From positions 384,001 to 448,000 of the forward strand of contig CAWHTE010000011.1 of assembly GCA_963832165.1 (NCBI GenBank): 64,000 nt of DNA, in the 5' to 3' direction. The position numbers and the translations under genes were made by a program. The notes below the pieces were generated by a model that was not told the origin of the DNA, did no database searches, and saw nothing but the letters and a program-made list of their open reading frames with translations. The stretch is from an uncultured delta proteobacterium (GTDB lineage Bacteria; Myxococcota_A; UBA9160; SMWR01). This document shows, in pieces, positions 1 to 9,966 of this stretch (position 1 is its first letter; each line of letters starts with the position of its first letter).

Positions 1-489
1 TCGAGCCGGATCAGGTACTGGACCTCCGCTGCGAGGTCGCGATTCAGATCGACCAGGAAGTCGACGGTTCGCCGCCGCGTGAGGTCGACTCGCGGCGAGG
101 CGCTGCAAGAGCAGCGGCCCCGCGGGCACGAGCTCGCGGAACGGGCGCAGCTCGCGCTCGAGCCACGACTCGTACTCGAACGGAAACTGCTCGGCGCCCG
201 GCTCCAGGAAGAAATCGAACGGATTCTGCACGGCGAGCTCGGCGATCAGGTCGACCTCGAGCGTGAGCTGATCCACCTTCTCTGGAAATACCACCCGCGC
301 GAGCCAGTTCGACTGCGGGTCCTGCTGCCAGTTCAGGAAGTGCGGTTGCGGTTCGACGCGCAGCGAATAACTCGTCACCGGGGTGCGACTGTGCGGAGCC
401 GGGCGCAGCCGCACGATCTGCGGCGTGAGCACGACCCGGCGGTCGTAGCGGTAGCGTGTGAGGTGGTGGAGCTTGACGTGGATCGACAT
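1..489 (-). CDS. Transglutaminase-family protein, N-terminal part (DUF2126-type large transglutaminase); runs off the window start
   Basis: Not in the ORF track. Manual reverse-strand translation from ATG at 489: MSIHVKLHHLTRYRYDRRVVLTPQIVRLRPAPHSRTPVTSYSLRVEPQPHFLNWQQDPQSNWLARVVFPEK...NPFDFFLEP, the typical Bact_transglu_N start. Lies next to cp-ATP-grasp and alpha-E genes. Confidence 0.9.
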   Translation of the reverse strand, partial: MSIHVKLHHLTRYRYDRRVVLTPQIVRLRPAPHSRTPVTSYSLRVEPQPHFLNWQQDPQSNWLARVVFPEKVDQLTLEVDLIAELAVQNPFDFFLEPGAEQFPFEYESWLERELRPFRELVPAGPLLLQRLAASRPHAAANRRLPGRSESRPRSGGPVPDPAR

Positions 490-551
490 GCGGAGTGCGC
501 CACTCTCGGCGCACCTTGAAATGCGCGGTTTGAGTTAGTGTAGAAGACCCC

Positions 552-2030
552 ATGGTGCGAACGCGATCACCGGCGGAGCAGGGCTCCCTTTTCGCGGGAT
601 ACGCCCCGCTGCCGGGCGCATTCGACGAATTCGTCGACGCGAACGGGCAGCCGCATTCCGCAGTCGCCGCGGTCGTGCGGAGGCTCGACGAGCTCGGACG
701 CGACGAGTTCCGGCGCCGCAAGAAGCTCGCCGACGCGACCTTCCTGCGCGGCGGCGTCACGTTCTCGGTCTATCGCGGCGACGCGGCGACGGAGCGCATC
801 TTTCCGTTCGATCTGATTCCGCGCGTGGTCGCCGCCGCGGAGTGGGATCCGGTGCGGCGCGGGCTCGAGCAGCGCATCCAGGCGCTCAACGCCTTCCTCT
901 CCGACGTGTACGGCCATCAGCGCATCCTCGACGAGGGAAAGGTGCCGCGCGCGCTCGTCGAGGGTTCGAAGGGGTACATCAAGGCGATGCACGGCGTGCG
1001 GCCGCCGGGCGGCGTCTACATCCACATCGCGGGCATCGACCTGATCCGCGACGCGTCCGGTGGGTTCCTCGTGCTCGAGGACAACGTGCGCACGCCGTCG
1101 GGCGTGTCGTACGTGCTCGAGAACCGCGACATGATGAAGAAGGTCTTCCCGACGGTGCTGCGCGAGTGCTCGGTCGCGCCCGTGGAGATGTATCCGACCA
1201 TGCTGCGCGAGGCGATGTCGGCGGTGGCGCCGCGCGGCGGCGGCGAAGGCCAGCGCGTGCTGCTCACGCCGGGCCCCTACAACTCGGCCTACTTCGAGCA
1301 CGGCTTTCTCGCCCGGCGGATCGGCTGCGAGCTCGTGCAGGGCAGCGACCTGTTCGTCGACGACGACCGCGTGTGGTCGAAGACGACGCACGGCCTGCGC
1401 CCCGTGGACGTGGTGTACCGGCGCGTCGACGACGCATTCCTCGACCCCGAGATCTTCCGCGAGGACAGCCTCGTGGGTGTGCCGGGCCTCGTGCGCGCCT
1501 ACGCGAAGGGGAACGTCGCGCTCGTGAACGCGATCGGGAACGGCGTCGCCGACGACAAGGGCATCTACCCGTTCGTTCCCGACATGATCCGCTTCTATCT
1601 CGGCGAGGAGCCGATCCTGCCCCAGGTGCCGACCTACGTATGCGCGCGGGAATCGGATTGCGCCTACGTGATCGATCACCTCGGCGAGCTCGTCGTGAAA
1701 GCGGTCAACGAGGCGGGCGGTTACGGCATGCTGATGGGACCTTCCGCGTCGAGGGCCGAGCGCGCGGAATTCCGCGAGCGGATCCGGAAGGACCCGCGCA
1801 ACTACATCGCGCAGCCGCGCATCGAGCTCTCGGGCTCGCCGACCTGGACGCGCGCGGGCATCCAGCCGCGGCGCGTCGACCTGCGGCCGTTCGTCGTCAC
1901 GGGCCACAAGAGCTGGGTGCTGCCGGGCGGGCTCACGCGCGTGGCGCTCGTGAAGGGATCCTACGTCGTGAACTCGAGCCAGGGCGGCGGCTCGAAGGAC
2001 ACCTGGGTGGTGGGAGGCGCTGCTCTGTGA
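552..2030 (+). CDS. Circularly permuted type 2 ATP-grasp protein
   Basis: Motifs [83 protein letters not shown]. Confidence 0.95.
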   Translation: MVRTRSPAEQGSLFAGYAPLPGAFDEFVDANGQPHSAVAAVVRRLDELGRDEFRRRKKLADATFLRGGVTFSVYRGDAATERIFPFDLIPRVVAAAEWDPVRRGLEQRIQALNAFLSDVYGHQRILDEGKVPRALVEGSKGYIKAMHGVRPPGGVYIHIAGIDLIRDASGGFLVLEDNVRTPSGVSYVLENRDMMKKVFPTVLRECSVAPVEMYPTMLREAMSAVAPRGGGEGQRVLLTPGPYNSAYFEHGFLARRIGCELVQGSDLFVDDDRVWSKTTHGLRPVDVVYRRVDDAFLDPEIFREDSLVGVPGLVRAYAKGNVALVNAIGNGVADDKGIYPFVPDMIRFYLGEEPILPQVPTYVCARESDCAYVIDHLGELVVKAVNEAGGYGMLMGPSASRAERAEFRERIRKDPRNYIAQPRIELSGSPTWTRAGIQPRRVDLRPFVVTGHKSWVLPGGLTRVALVKGSYVVNSSQGGGSKDTWVVGGAAL

Positions 2031-3064
2031 TCTGCCGCGTCGCCGAGAGCTGCTTCTGGCTCACGCGTTACGTCGAGCGCGTGGCGACGCTCGCGCGCCT
2101 GCTCGAGGTGAACAACGAGTTCCAGCTCGACGTGCATCTCACGCAGGCCGAGGTGTGGCGGCCGATCGTGATCGCCGTGGGTCAGGAAGAGGACCTGCTG
2201 GCGCGCGTCGGTGCCGGTGCGATGAACGACGGCGAAGTCGTGCAGGAGTACCTGACCTGGGACCGCAAGCACGCCGCGTCGATCTACGCATCACTGCGCT
2301 GGGCGCGCGAGAACGCGCGCACGATCCGCGAGGTGATGAGCGTCGAGATGTGGGAGACGGTCAACGACACGTGGCTGTGGCTCACGAGTCGGTCTGCGCG
2401 CCGGCAGTACCAGCGAGAGCGCGATGCGTTCTACGACTACCTGTCGAAGCAGTGCATGCTGATCCACGGCGTCTGCTACAGCACGATGATGCACGACGAG
2501 CCGTTCGTGTTCATGCGTCTCGGGCGTGCCGTGGAGCGCGTCGGACACACGGCGCGCATCCTCGATGTGAAGCACCACAGCCTCGGCGACGATCGGAGCG
2601 ACGAGAGCGCCGACGACGCGGCGCAGTGGCTCGCGATCCTGCGCTCGTGCTCGGCCGTGGACGCTTTCTTCCAGCGCTCGGCGAACGTGCTCACGGGGCC
2701 CGCGGTGGCGGAGTTCCTGCTGTTCGACCGCTCGTTCCCGCGCGCCGTGCTCTACAACCTCGACAGCGCGGGCGAGCTGCTCCTGCGCCTGGGTGAGAGC
2801 GATCCGGCGTGGCTGACCCGCTCCTCCCGGCAGCGGCTCGACCGGCTGCGCGGATCGCTGCTCCAGATGGGTGGCCCGGTGGTGCAGGATCTCGGGCTGC
2901 ACAAGGTGCTCACGCAGGTCGTCGACGACACCGCGGGGCTGTGCGAAGCGATCCACGCCGACTATCTCGGCCCCTCGGCCGACGACCTGCTGCTCGGCGC
3001 GCGCCGCATGCGCAGCGTACCTACGCAAACCCAGTCGCAAACCCAGACGCTACGCACCGGGTAG
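2027..3064 (+). CDS. Alpha-E domain protein (DUF403)
   Basis: GTG start overlaps the upstream TGA (GTGA). [45 protein letters not shown] motifs. Q/T-rich tail. Confidence 0.92.
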   Translation: MICRVAESCFWLTRYVERVATLARLLEVNNEFQLDVHLTQAEVWRPIVIAVGQEEDLLARVGAGAMNDGEVVQEYLTWDRKHAASIYASLRWARENARTIREVMSVEMWETVNDTWLWLTSRSARRQYQRERDAFYDYLSKQCMLIHGVCYSTMMHDEPFVFMRLGRAVERVGHTARILDVKHHSLGDDRSDESADDAAQWLAILRSCSAVDAFFQRSANVLTGPAVAEFLLFDRSFPRAVLYNLDSAGELLLRLGESDPAWLTRSSRQRLDRLRGSLLQMGGPVVQDLGLHKVLTQVVDDTAGLCEAIHADYLGPSADDLLLGARRMRSVPTQTQSQTQTLRTG

Positions 3065-3097
3065 GCGCAAAGCCAGCCAGATCGCGCGCGATAGTTC

Positions 3098-3191
3098 GTA
3101 GGGCGGGAAAGCGAGCGAAGCGAGCGCATCCCGCCATGGCCTCTCGCGATGGGCAAATGGCGGGATCCGCCTTCGGCTCCTCCCGCCCTAC
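3098..3191. repeat. Inverted pair of GTAG-type REP palindromes (REPIN-like doublet)
   Basis: GTAGGGCGGGAAAGCGAGCGAAGCGAGCGCATCCCGCC (3098-3135) and inverted GGCGGGATCCGCCTTCGGCTCCTCCCGCCCTAC (3159-3191), between convergent genes. Confidence 0.8.
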
Positions 3192-3460
3192 AAAGCGCGC
3201 AACGCCAGCCAGATCGCGTGAGATAGCGCCACGTAGACCGCATATGCCAGCGCGGCGCGCGCGACCCAGGGCTTCGCCCGCCAGAACCCCCATGCGCCGA
3301 CCGCGAAGATCGCCCAGTGCAGCGGCGCCGTGAGCCGCGCCGCGCCACCGCGCAGCTCGAAGCCGAACCACACCTCCACGTCGCGCACGTGGGGCACGAA
3401 CAGGTCGCGCACCACCAGAAACGCGACCGTGCCGGCGCAGAACACCGCCAGGGCCGTCAT
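3188..3460 (-). CDS. Small membrane protein, hypothetical (start uncertain)
   Basis: MTALAVFCAGTVAFLVVRDLF...WAIFAVGAWGFW...YAVYVALSHAIWLAL; three hydrophobic segments. The stop codon is supplied by the REP GTAG. Confidence 0.6.
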   Translation of the reverse strand: MTALAVFCAGTVAFLVVRDLFVPHVRDVEVWFGFELRGGAARLTAPLHWAIFAVGAWGFWRAKPWVARAALAYAVYVALSHAIWLALRAL

Positions 3461-3554
3461 CCAGCGCGGGCGCACCGTTGCGGTGGGATCGGATGAAATA
3501 GGGCTCAAAAGTCGACCGCCAACCTGCCGATGAGTGAATGCGCAGGTGAGCACC

Positions 3555-4424
3555 ATGGCTAGCGAGAAACCTCAGAAGACCACCACGTTCCTCGTGGTAC
3601 GCGACGGCGTCAACCCGGATTGGGTGGTGATCTGGGACACCCTCGAGATCACGGTCGGGCGGCACGAGAGCCAGGACATCTCGGTGCGCGAGGCCGAGGT
3701 ATCGCGCAAGCACAGCGTGTTCCGCCAGAAGAACGGCGTGTACTCGCTCGAAGACCTCGGCTCCGCGCTCGGCACCACCGTCAACGGTGAGCGAGTCAAG
3801 GTTCACGAGCTCAAGTCGGGCGACGTGATCGGGGTCGGCTCGTTCAAGATGAAATTCGGGCAGACGTCGAATCCGATCAAGCCGGGCGCGAACGTGCGCT
3901 TCGCATCGCAGCTCAAGGGATTCGACGTGCCGGGCGCCAAGGCCAACGCCGAAGGCGGCCGCACGATGATGGCGATCGACCTGAACGACTCGATGTCGGG
4001 CGGGCAGCCGACGCTGACCAAGACGGCACCCAAGGCGCGCGCAGTCTCGCTCGACGGCAGTCTCGAGGAGTCGGACACCGAGCCGGAGCTCGGCACGGAC
4101 GATCTGGGACTCGGCGGAGCGGCCGAGGTCCGCAATCTCGACGCGGCGCTCGCCGACTTCGACGACGGCCTGGGGCCGCCCGGTCAGCCGCTTGCGCCGC
4201 CGCCGCGCGCGCCGCGCGATCATGCGACGGGATACACCTCTGCGCCGCGCGTGGTCGCGCCGCTCGCGCCCACGTTGCCGCGCGCCGCCGCGACCGGCGA
4301 CACGCGCGTTCAGCTCGTGCTCGAGATCTCGGGTCCGACCGCGGAAGTCGAGGCGCTCGTCGCCGCCGTGCGCGGCAAGCCGATCCAGGTCTATCCGCTC
4401 ACGCTGTGCGTGAAGGACAAGTAG
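3555..4424 (+). CDS. FHA domain-containing protein
   Basis: ITVGR...VSRKHS...LEDLGSALGTTVNG...LKSGDVIGVG FHA signature, then an acidic/Pro-rich region. Confidence 0.88.
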   Translation: MASEKPQKTTTFLVVRDGVNPDWVVIWDTLEITVGRHESQDISVREAEVSRKHSVFRQKNGVYSLEDLGSALGTTVNGERVKVHELKSGDVIGVGSFKMKFGQTSNPIKPGANVRFASQLKGFDVPGAKANAEGGRTMMAIDLNDSMSGGQPTLTKTAPKARAVSLDGSLEESDTEPELGTDDLGLGGAAEVRNLDAALADFDDGLGPPGQPLAPPPRAPRDHATGYTSAPRVVAPLAPTLPRAAATGDTRVQLVLEISGPTAEVEALVAAVRGKPIQVYPLTLCVKDK

Positions 4425-4449
4425 GGCGGGAGAGAAGGCAGATCCCGCC
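4421..4449 (+). repeat. GTAG-type REP
   Basis: GTAGGGCGGGAGAGAAGGCAGATCCCGCC has the same GTAG-GGCGGGA...TCCCGCC frame as 3098 and provides the FHA gene stop codon. Confidence 0.65.
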
Positions 4450-4475
4450 GATCCCGCCGGAACCGCCCGCGGAAA

Positions 4476-5021
4476 CTAGGCGTTAGTAACGCGGCAGCGC
4501 CCGTCGGCGTCCGCGATGCCCACCGCCGAGACCTTCACTTTCGCGACACCGGAGTGCAGCACGCCGAGCTCTTCGGCCGCGGCGCGCGACAGGTCGATCA
4601 CGCGGCCGCGCCGGAACGGCCCGCGGTCGTTGATGCGCACGAGCACGGAGCGGCCGCTCGGGACGTGCTCGACCGCGGCGCACACATTGAAGGGCAGGGT
4701 GCGGTGCGCGGCCGTAAGGAGCGAGCCCGTGCTGTCGAAGCGCTCGCCGTTCGCGGTCGTGCGGCCGTGGAAGCGACCGCCGTACCAGGAGGCGACCCCC
4801 ACCTCTTTGTAGCTCTGCCACTTCTTGAGCGGCACGTAGGTACGGCCGTTCACGCGGTAGGGCTCGAAGCCGGCCAGCTCTGCCGGGGGGCTCCCAAAGT
4901 TCGCGCAGCCCGCGAATAGGGGCACGGTGGCGATCGCGAGCGCGAGCACCGACACGAGCCAATCAGCTACGCGCTGGTTCGCGCGTTCCGTGAGCACTGT
5001 CACGCGATCAGGGGCCTCCAT
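4476..5021 (-). CDS. rlpA: Septal ring lytic transglycosylase RlpA family lipoprotein
   Basis: Lipobox FAGC; GVASWYG..FHGRTTANGE, TAAHRTLPF, VRINDRGPF...RVIDLSRAAA. Confidence 0.93.
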   Translation of the reverse strand: MEAPDRVTVLTERANQRVADWLVSVLALAIATVPLFAGCANFGSPPAELAGFEPYRVNGRTYVPLKKWQSYKEVGVASWYGGRFHGRTTANGERFDSTGSLLTAAHRTLPFNVCAAVEHVPSGRSVLVRINDRGPFRRGRVIDLSRAAAEELGVLHSGVAKVKVSAVGIADADGRCRVTNA

Positions 5022-5053
5022 GGATAACGATACGGTTGCCGGGCCGTAGCGTT

Positions 5054-5069
5054 CGTGACCGGCGTCACA
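5054..5069. promoter_or_regulatory. CRP/FNR-family-like site upstream of rlpA
   Basis: CGTGA-CCGGCG-TCACA is one mismatch from TGTGA-N6-TCACA. Confidence 0.35.
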
Positions 5070-5185
5070 AAATTGTGGCTGCGATCTGCCCGTTAGCTCG
5101 TAAGGGTCCGCAAAATTGCAGTAATTATGTTGTTCGGCGACCTAACGTAGCGAGGGGCCCTCATCGCGGCGGCTGATGTTGCGGG

Positions 5186-5211
5186 TTAACACTTTTTAAT
5201 AATTCTGTAAA
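5186..5211. promoter_or_regulatory. Candidate TetR operator upstream of the SDR-TetR operon
   Basis: AT-rich imperfect inverted repeat TTAACA-N14-TGTAAA, 33 nt before the SDR start. Confidence 0.4.
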
Positions 5212-5243
5212 TCTTAGGTCCGCAGATCGAGTAGAGTTCGTCC

Positions 5244-6053
5244 ATGCCGATTCAGCCTTCTGACATCCGACTCGACGGGCGGATCGCGGTCGTGACCGGC
5301 GGTGGCGCGGGCATCGGCCGCGGCATCGCCGCGGGTCTCGTGGCGTTCGGTGCATCGGTTGCGATCTGGGAGCGGAACGCGGAGACCTGCGCGTCGTCCT
5401 CGGCGGAGATCGGCGCGCTCGGGATCACCACCGATGTCCGAAACACCGCCGAGGTGGACTCGGCGCTCGCGCGCACGAGCGAGGAGCTCGGCCCGGTGTC
5501 GATCCTCGTCAACAATGCGGGCGGTGTGTTCGCCTCGCCGCTGCTGGAGACGACGGAGAACGGCTGGGATGCGCTCTACCGCGCGAACCTGCGCCACGTG
5601 ATGCTGTGCACGCAGCGGGTCGCGCGGGCCATGGTGGCTGCCAGGATCGGCGGCAGCATCCTGTCGGTCACCTCGATCGAGGGCGTGCGGGCGGCGCCCG
5701 GTTATGCCGCGTATGCCGCCGCGAAGGCCGGCGTCATCAACTACACCAAGACCGCCGCGCTCGAGCTCGCCCCGTATGGCATCCGGGTGAACGCGCTCGC
5801 TCCCGACATCACGCTCACCGAGGGGATCCTGGCGATCTCGCCGCCCGGTGCCGCGGACCGCTTCGGTCACACCGTGCCGATGGGTCGCGCCGGCCACGTC
5901 GACGAGATGGCGGGCGCCGCGGTGTTCCTGGCCTCGGATCTGGCGAGCTACATCACCGGTCAGACGATCCACGTCGACGGCGGTACGCACGCCGCCGGCG
6001 GCTGGTATCACCACCCCGACACCGGCGTGTACTCGCTGGGCCCGACGGACTGA
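5244..6053 (+). CDS. SDR family oxidoreductase
   Basis: TGGGAGIG, NNAGG, YAAAK catalytic motif, ITGQTIHVDGG. Confidence 0.93.
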   Translation: MPIQPSDIRLDGRIAVVTGGGAGIGRGIAAGLVAFGASVAIWERNAETCASSSAEIGALGITTDVRNTAEVDSALARTSEELGPVSILVNNAGGVFASPLLETTENGWDALYRANLRHVMLCTQRVARAMVAARIGGSILSVTSIEGVRAAPGYAAYAAAKAGVINYTKTAALELAPYGIRVNALAPDITLTEGILAISPPGAADRFGHTVPMGRAGHVDEMAGAAVFLASDLASYITGQTIHVDGGTHAAGGWYHHPDTGVYSLGPTD

Positions 6054-6061
6054 CTGCGTCC

Positions 6062-6727
6062 ATGGCCCTCCCCGACACACGCAAGTCGACGAGCGTCGAG
6101 GCCATCCTCGAGGCAACCCGTCGCGTGATCGCTGAGCGGGGTCCCGGGAAGTTCACGTTGTCGGCGATCGCCGCAGCCGCGGGCGTGTCGCGGCCGACTC
6201 TGTATCGCTGGTTCCCGACCAAGGAGGCTCTGCTCGACGCTCTCACCCTCTACGAGGAAGAGCGGTTCGATCTGCGGCTGCAGGCGAAGATCGAAGCGCA
6301 GTCCACTCCGGCCCGGCGACTCGACGCTGCGCTGCGCTGCCTCGTGACCTACCTCGACGGATTGATGGGACCCGACCCGATCGGCGCCGATCCGGGCTAT
6401 GCCATCCAGTCGCTGGCCAATTCTCTGGGGCCGCAGACCGCCTCGTTCGTCCGCCTGCTCGGGAATGCCTTCGACGCAGTGCCGGCGGTGCGACTCGGTC
6501 ATCTCACTCGGGCACAGGCGGCCGAATTGTTCCTGCGTCTGGCCTACTCGCATTATCTGGTGCCACACCCGAACCCCGAGGTGCTGCTGGCCAACCTGCG
6601 CAGCTTCGCCGGGCTGTCGCGCCGCTCGGTCACGCGCGCCGCGAGGTCGCGCAAGCGAATGGACCCGAGGAGTCGATCGCGCAAACGCGCCGTAGGGAGG
6701 ATTCATCATGGATCTGGGATGGACTGA
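6062..6727 (+). CDS. TetR/AcrR family transcriptional regulator
   Basis: ILEATRRVIAERG...TLSAIAAAAGVSRPTLYRWFPTKEALL HTH. Confidence 0.9.
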   Translation: MALPDTRKSTSVEAILEATRRVIAERGPGKFTLSAIAAAAGVSRPTLYRWFPTKEALLDALTLYEEERFDLRLQAKIEAQSTPARRLDAALRCLVTYLDGLMGPDPIGADPGYAIQSLANSLGPQTASFVRLLGNAFDAVPAVRLGHLTRAQAAELFLRLAYSHYLVPHPNPEVLLANLRSFAGLSRRSVTRAARSRKRMDPRSRSRKRAVGRIHHGSGMD

Positions 6728-7517
6728 CGCCACCGTGGCAGTGACCGGCGGCTCGAGCGGCATGGGTCGTGCCGCCGCAGAGTGCATGGCGGACGACGGC
6801 GCGCGCGTCGCGGTGCTCGCGCGCCGAAAGGATCTGGTCGACGAGACGGTCGCTGCGCTGCGCGAGCGCGGCAGCCCCGACGCGATCGGCCTCGCGGTCG
6901 ATGTGACGGATGCGCGCGCGGTGGAGGCCGCATTCGCAGAGCTGGGCGAACGCTGGGGCGCGCTCAACGCGCTCGTGAATACGGTGGGCCCGGGCGACAC
7001 CGGCACGATCGACACGCTCTCGGACGAGAGCTGGGCGCGCAGCCTCGAGCTCGGGCTGATGGCCGCGGTGCGCTGCACGCGCGCGGCGCTGCCGTGGATG
7101 CGCAAAGCGCCCTGGGCGCGGATCGTGAACGTGTCGGCGCACTCGACGCAGCGCCAGACGCCGACGCTGATCGGCTACACGGCCGCGAAGGCCGCGCTCA
7201 CGAGCATGAGCAAGAACCTCGCCAAGACGCTCGCGAAGGAGAACATCCTCGTGAACACGGTCTCGCCGGGCACATTCCTCTCGGGCGGCGTGAAGACGTG
7301 GCTCCAGGGGATGGCCGAGAAGCGCGGCATCGATCCGAACAGCCTCGAAGATCTGAACCGGATCATCGCGGAGGACTTCCACGAGCCGTCGGATCTCGGA
7401 CGCGCGGGGATGCCCGACGAGATCGGCAGCGTGATCGCGTTCCTCGCGTCGCGCCGCAACAGCTACATGACGGGCGCGAACGTGAACGTGGACGGCGGGT
7501 CGGACTTCGCCGCGTGA
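6708..7517 (+). CDS. SDR family oxidoreductase
   Basis: TGGSSGMG, YTAAK, YMTGANVNVDGGSDF; GGAGG RBS. Confidence 0.93.
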   Translation: MDLGWTDATVAVTGGSSGMGRAAAECMADDGARVAVLARRKDLVDETVAALRERGSPDAIGLAVDVTDARAVEAAFAELGERWGALNALVNTVGPGDTGTIDTLSDESWARSLELGLMAAVRCTRAALPWMRKAPWARIVNVSAHSTQRQTPTLIGYTAAKAALTSMSKNLAKTLAKENILVNTVSPGTFLSGGVKTWLQGMAEKRGIDPNSLEDLNRIIAEDFHEPSDLGRAGMPDEIGSVIAFLASRRNSYMTGANVNVDGGSDFAA

Positions 7518-8662
7518 CGGCACTCGTCGCGGACGATCTGCTCGCGGAGGCGCGCGAGCGGACCGGGCTCGCCGATTTCGGCGACCCGATCTTCCGCGAG
7601 GGCCTCGACGTACTGCTCGAAGACGTCGCGCGCGCCGAGCTCCACGACCTCGGGCGCATGGTGTGGCGCGGCCGGATCGTCTCGCACCTCGTCCAGCGCC
7701 TGCGCGTGGAGGACTGGATCGCGCGGCATCCGGAGATCCTCGATCGGCCGGTGCCGGCGCCCGTATTCGTGATCGGGCTGCCGCGCACGGGCACCACCGC
7801 GCTCTCGCATCTGGTCGCGCAGGATCCCGACGCGCGATCGCTGCGCGTCTGGGAATCGGCGCAGCCCGTGCCGCCGCCCGAGGTCGAGTGCGAGGGCGAT
7901 CCGCGCATCGCGTCCGCGGAGCAAGGGCTCGCGGCGATGCACCAGCTCTCGCCGAAGCTCGCCGCGATGCACGAGGACACCGCGACCGGCCCCACCGAGA
8001 ATCACGATCTGCTCGGCATGAGCTTCCGCACGTTCCACTTCGAGGGCATGGCCTGGGTGCCGCGCTATGTCGAATGGTGGCTCGCGTGCGACATGGTGCC
8101 CGCGTATCGCGGCATGAAGCGCGTGCTCCAGCTGCTCGCATCGCGCGGCGGGCCGCAGCGCTGGCACCTGAAGTCGCCGCCCGACTCGTTCTGCCTCGAC
8201 GCCGTGCTCGCAGTGTTCCCGGACGCGCGCTTCGTGATGACGCACCGCGACCCGGCCTCGGTGCTCGGCTCGGTGTGCAGTCTCCTGCGCACGATGCACG
8301 AGCTTACGGGACGGCCGCCCGCGCCGGAGCTGCTCGGGCCCGCCGAGCTCGCGGCGTGGAGCGAGGCGATGCGGCGGGCGCTCGCCGTGCGCGCGCGCGT
8401 GGGCGAGGCGCGCTTCGCCGACGTGCACTTCCACGAGCTGGTCGCGGATCCGGTCGGCGTGATCGCGCGCGCATACGACCACCTCGGTGTACCGTTCACG
8501 CGCGATGCGGAGCAGAGGATCGCGGCCTACGCCGCCGCCCATCCGCGCGGCCGGCTCGGCGAGCACCACTACCGGCTCGAAGACTTCGGGCTCGACCGCG
8601 CGGCCGTACACGCGGCGTTCTCGTTCTACACCGATCGGTGTGGCGTCAAGAGAGAGGACTAG
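7514..8662 (+). CDS. Sulfotransferase family protein (Sulfotransfer_3)
   Basis: PVFVIGLPRTGTT 5'-PAPS loop, WHLKSP, THRDP 3'-PB motif; GTG overlaps the upstream TGA. Confidence 0.9.
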   Translation: MTALVADDLLAEARERTGLADFGDPIFREGLDVLLEDVARAELHDLGRMVWRGRIVSHLVQRLRVEDWIARHPEILDRPVPAPVFVIGLPRTGTTALSHLVAQDPDARSLRVWESAQPVPPPEVECEGDPRIASAEQGLAAMHQLSPKLAAMHEDTATGPTENHDLLGMSFRTFHFEGMAWVPRYVEWWLACDMVPAYRGMKRVLQLLASRGGPQRWHLKSPPDSFCLDAVLAVFPDARFVMTHRDPASVLGSVCSLLRTMHELTGRPPAPELLGPAELAAWSEAMRRALAVRARVGEARFADVHFHELVADPVGVIARAYDHLGVPFTRDAEQRIAAYAAAHPRGRLGEHHYRLEDFGLDRAAVHAAFSFYTDRCGVKRED

Positions 8663-8663
8663 T

Positions 8664-9783
8664 GTGAGCGATCCGTCCGCGCGCGACCGCGTGCTCTCGG
8701 GCGAGGCCTGGAACGCGTTCTGCGATGCGCTCAAGGAAGTGGGCGGCCTGATCCAGGACCCGCGCGCGCCCGCAGACGCGCTCGACCGCGCCGAGGGCTA
8801 TCGCTTCCTGATGCGCCTCGTGCGCTACGGCTTCGAGTCGTTTCTCGAATACAGCGATCCACTGAACCCGCAGCTGCACCGCGGTTCGCACGAGACGATC
8901 AAGATCATCCACGAGAACCCGGACAACCTGTATCTGGGCGCGCGCGTCGATGGGCGCCACAGCTACCGCGTGTTCGGAACGCTCGGCACCGCGCGCTGGA
9001 TGAGCTTCAACATCCATGCGGGCGCCTTTGGCGCGGGCGGGCGCGGCACGGCGTATGCGCTCGATGCGAAAGAGCTGACGCTCGGCGCCGATCGCTCGTT
9101 CGAGCTGTTCCTGGGCGGCGAGCAGCGCGGCCCGAACTGGCTGCCGCTGCCGCCCGACGCGGGCTCGCTGATCGTGCGACAGACGTTCGGCGATCGCGCG
9201 CAGCGAGCGCGCGTCCGAGCTTTCGATCGAGCGGCTCGGTATACGCGAGCGGCCTTCGCCGCTCGCGTCCGAGAAGGTCGGCTTTGCGCTCGATGCCACG
9301 CCAGCTCTCGTTCGCGCGCTCGTCGAGATGGCACTTTCGTGGTCCGGCGATCTCGCGAAGCAGAGGAACTGCTTCGCGGACATGATGCCCGCCGCGGCCG
9401 CGATCTTCCGCGACCCCGACATCCAGTTCCATGTCGCCTACTTCGATCTCGCGCCCGACGAGGCGCTCGTCGTCGAGGCGCGCCCGCCGAAGTGCGACTA
9501 CTGGATGTTCGTGCTCTCCAACCACTGGCTCGAGACGCTCGACTACACGCAACACCGCATCACGTTGAACAACCACTCCGCCGTGCTCGAGCCCGACGGC
9601 ACCGTGAAAGTGATCGTCGCCGCGCGCGATCCGGGCCATCCGAACTGGCTCGACACCGCCCACCACGCGCGCGGCACGATCGGCGTGAGGTGGGTGGGGA
9701 AGGGCGTCGAGAACGTCGTGCCGACCGCGCGCGTGATCCGGCTGACGCCCGATTCCGCCGCGCAGCAGCAACAGCAGCAGTAG
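8664..9783 (+). CDS. DUF1214-type sulfotransferase-associated protein (frameshifted near 9200-9240)
   Basis: AWNAFCDALK...DRAEGYRFLMRL...ENPDNLY in the first frame; LAPDEALVVE..PP.C.YW....NHWLETLDY...DPGHPNWLDT in the second frame. Confidence 0.8.
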
Positions 9784-9915
9784 ATGTCGACGTGCGGTGG
9801 GTGGGAAGTGCGTCGGTGGTCCGTAGCGCGCAACTGATTCGCCTGTCTAACGACACGATCGTGTGTTGACTTTCCCCGCGCGCGGGTCGAGAGTCGCCAG
9901 GACTCCCGTCCCCCC

Positions 9916-9931
9916 TGTGACGCACTTCATA
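9916..9931. promoter_or_regulatory. CRP/FNR-family-like site upstream of the giant PEP-CTERM gene
   Basis: TGTGA-CGCACT-TCATA. Confidence 0.3.
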
Positions 9932-9966
9932 TCGGGCCGTCGCGGCCGCAGGGTACAAGTACCGCC

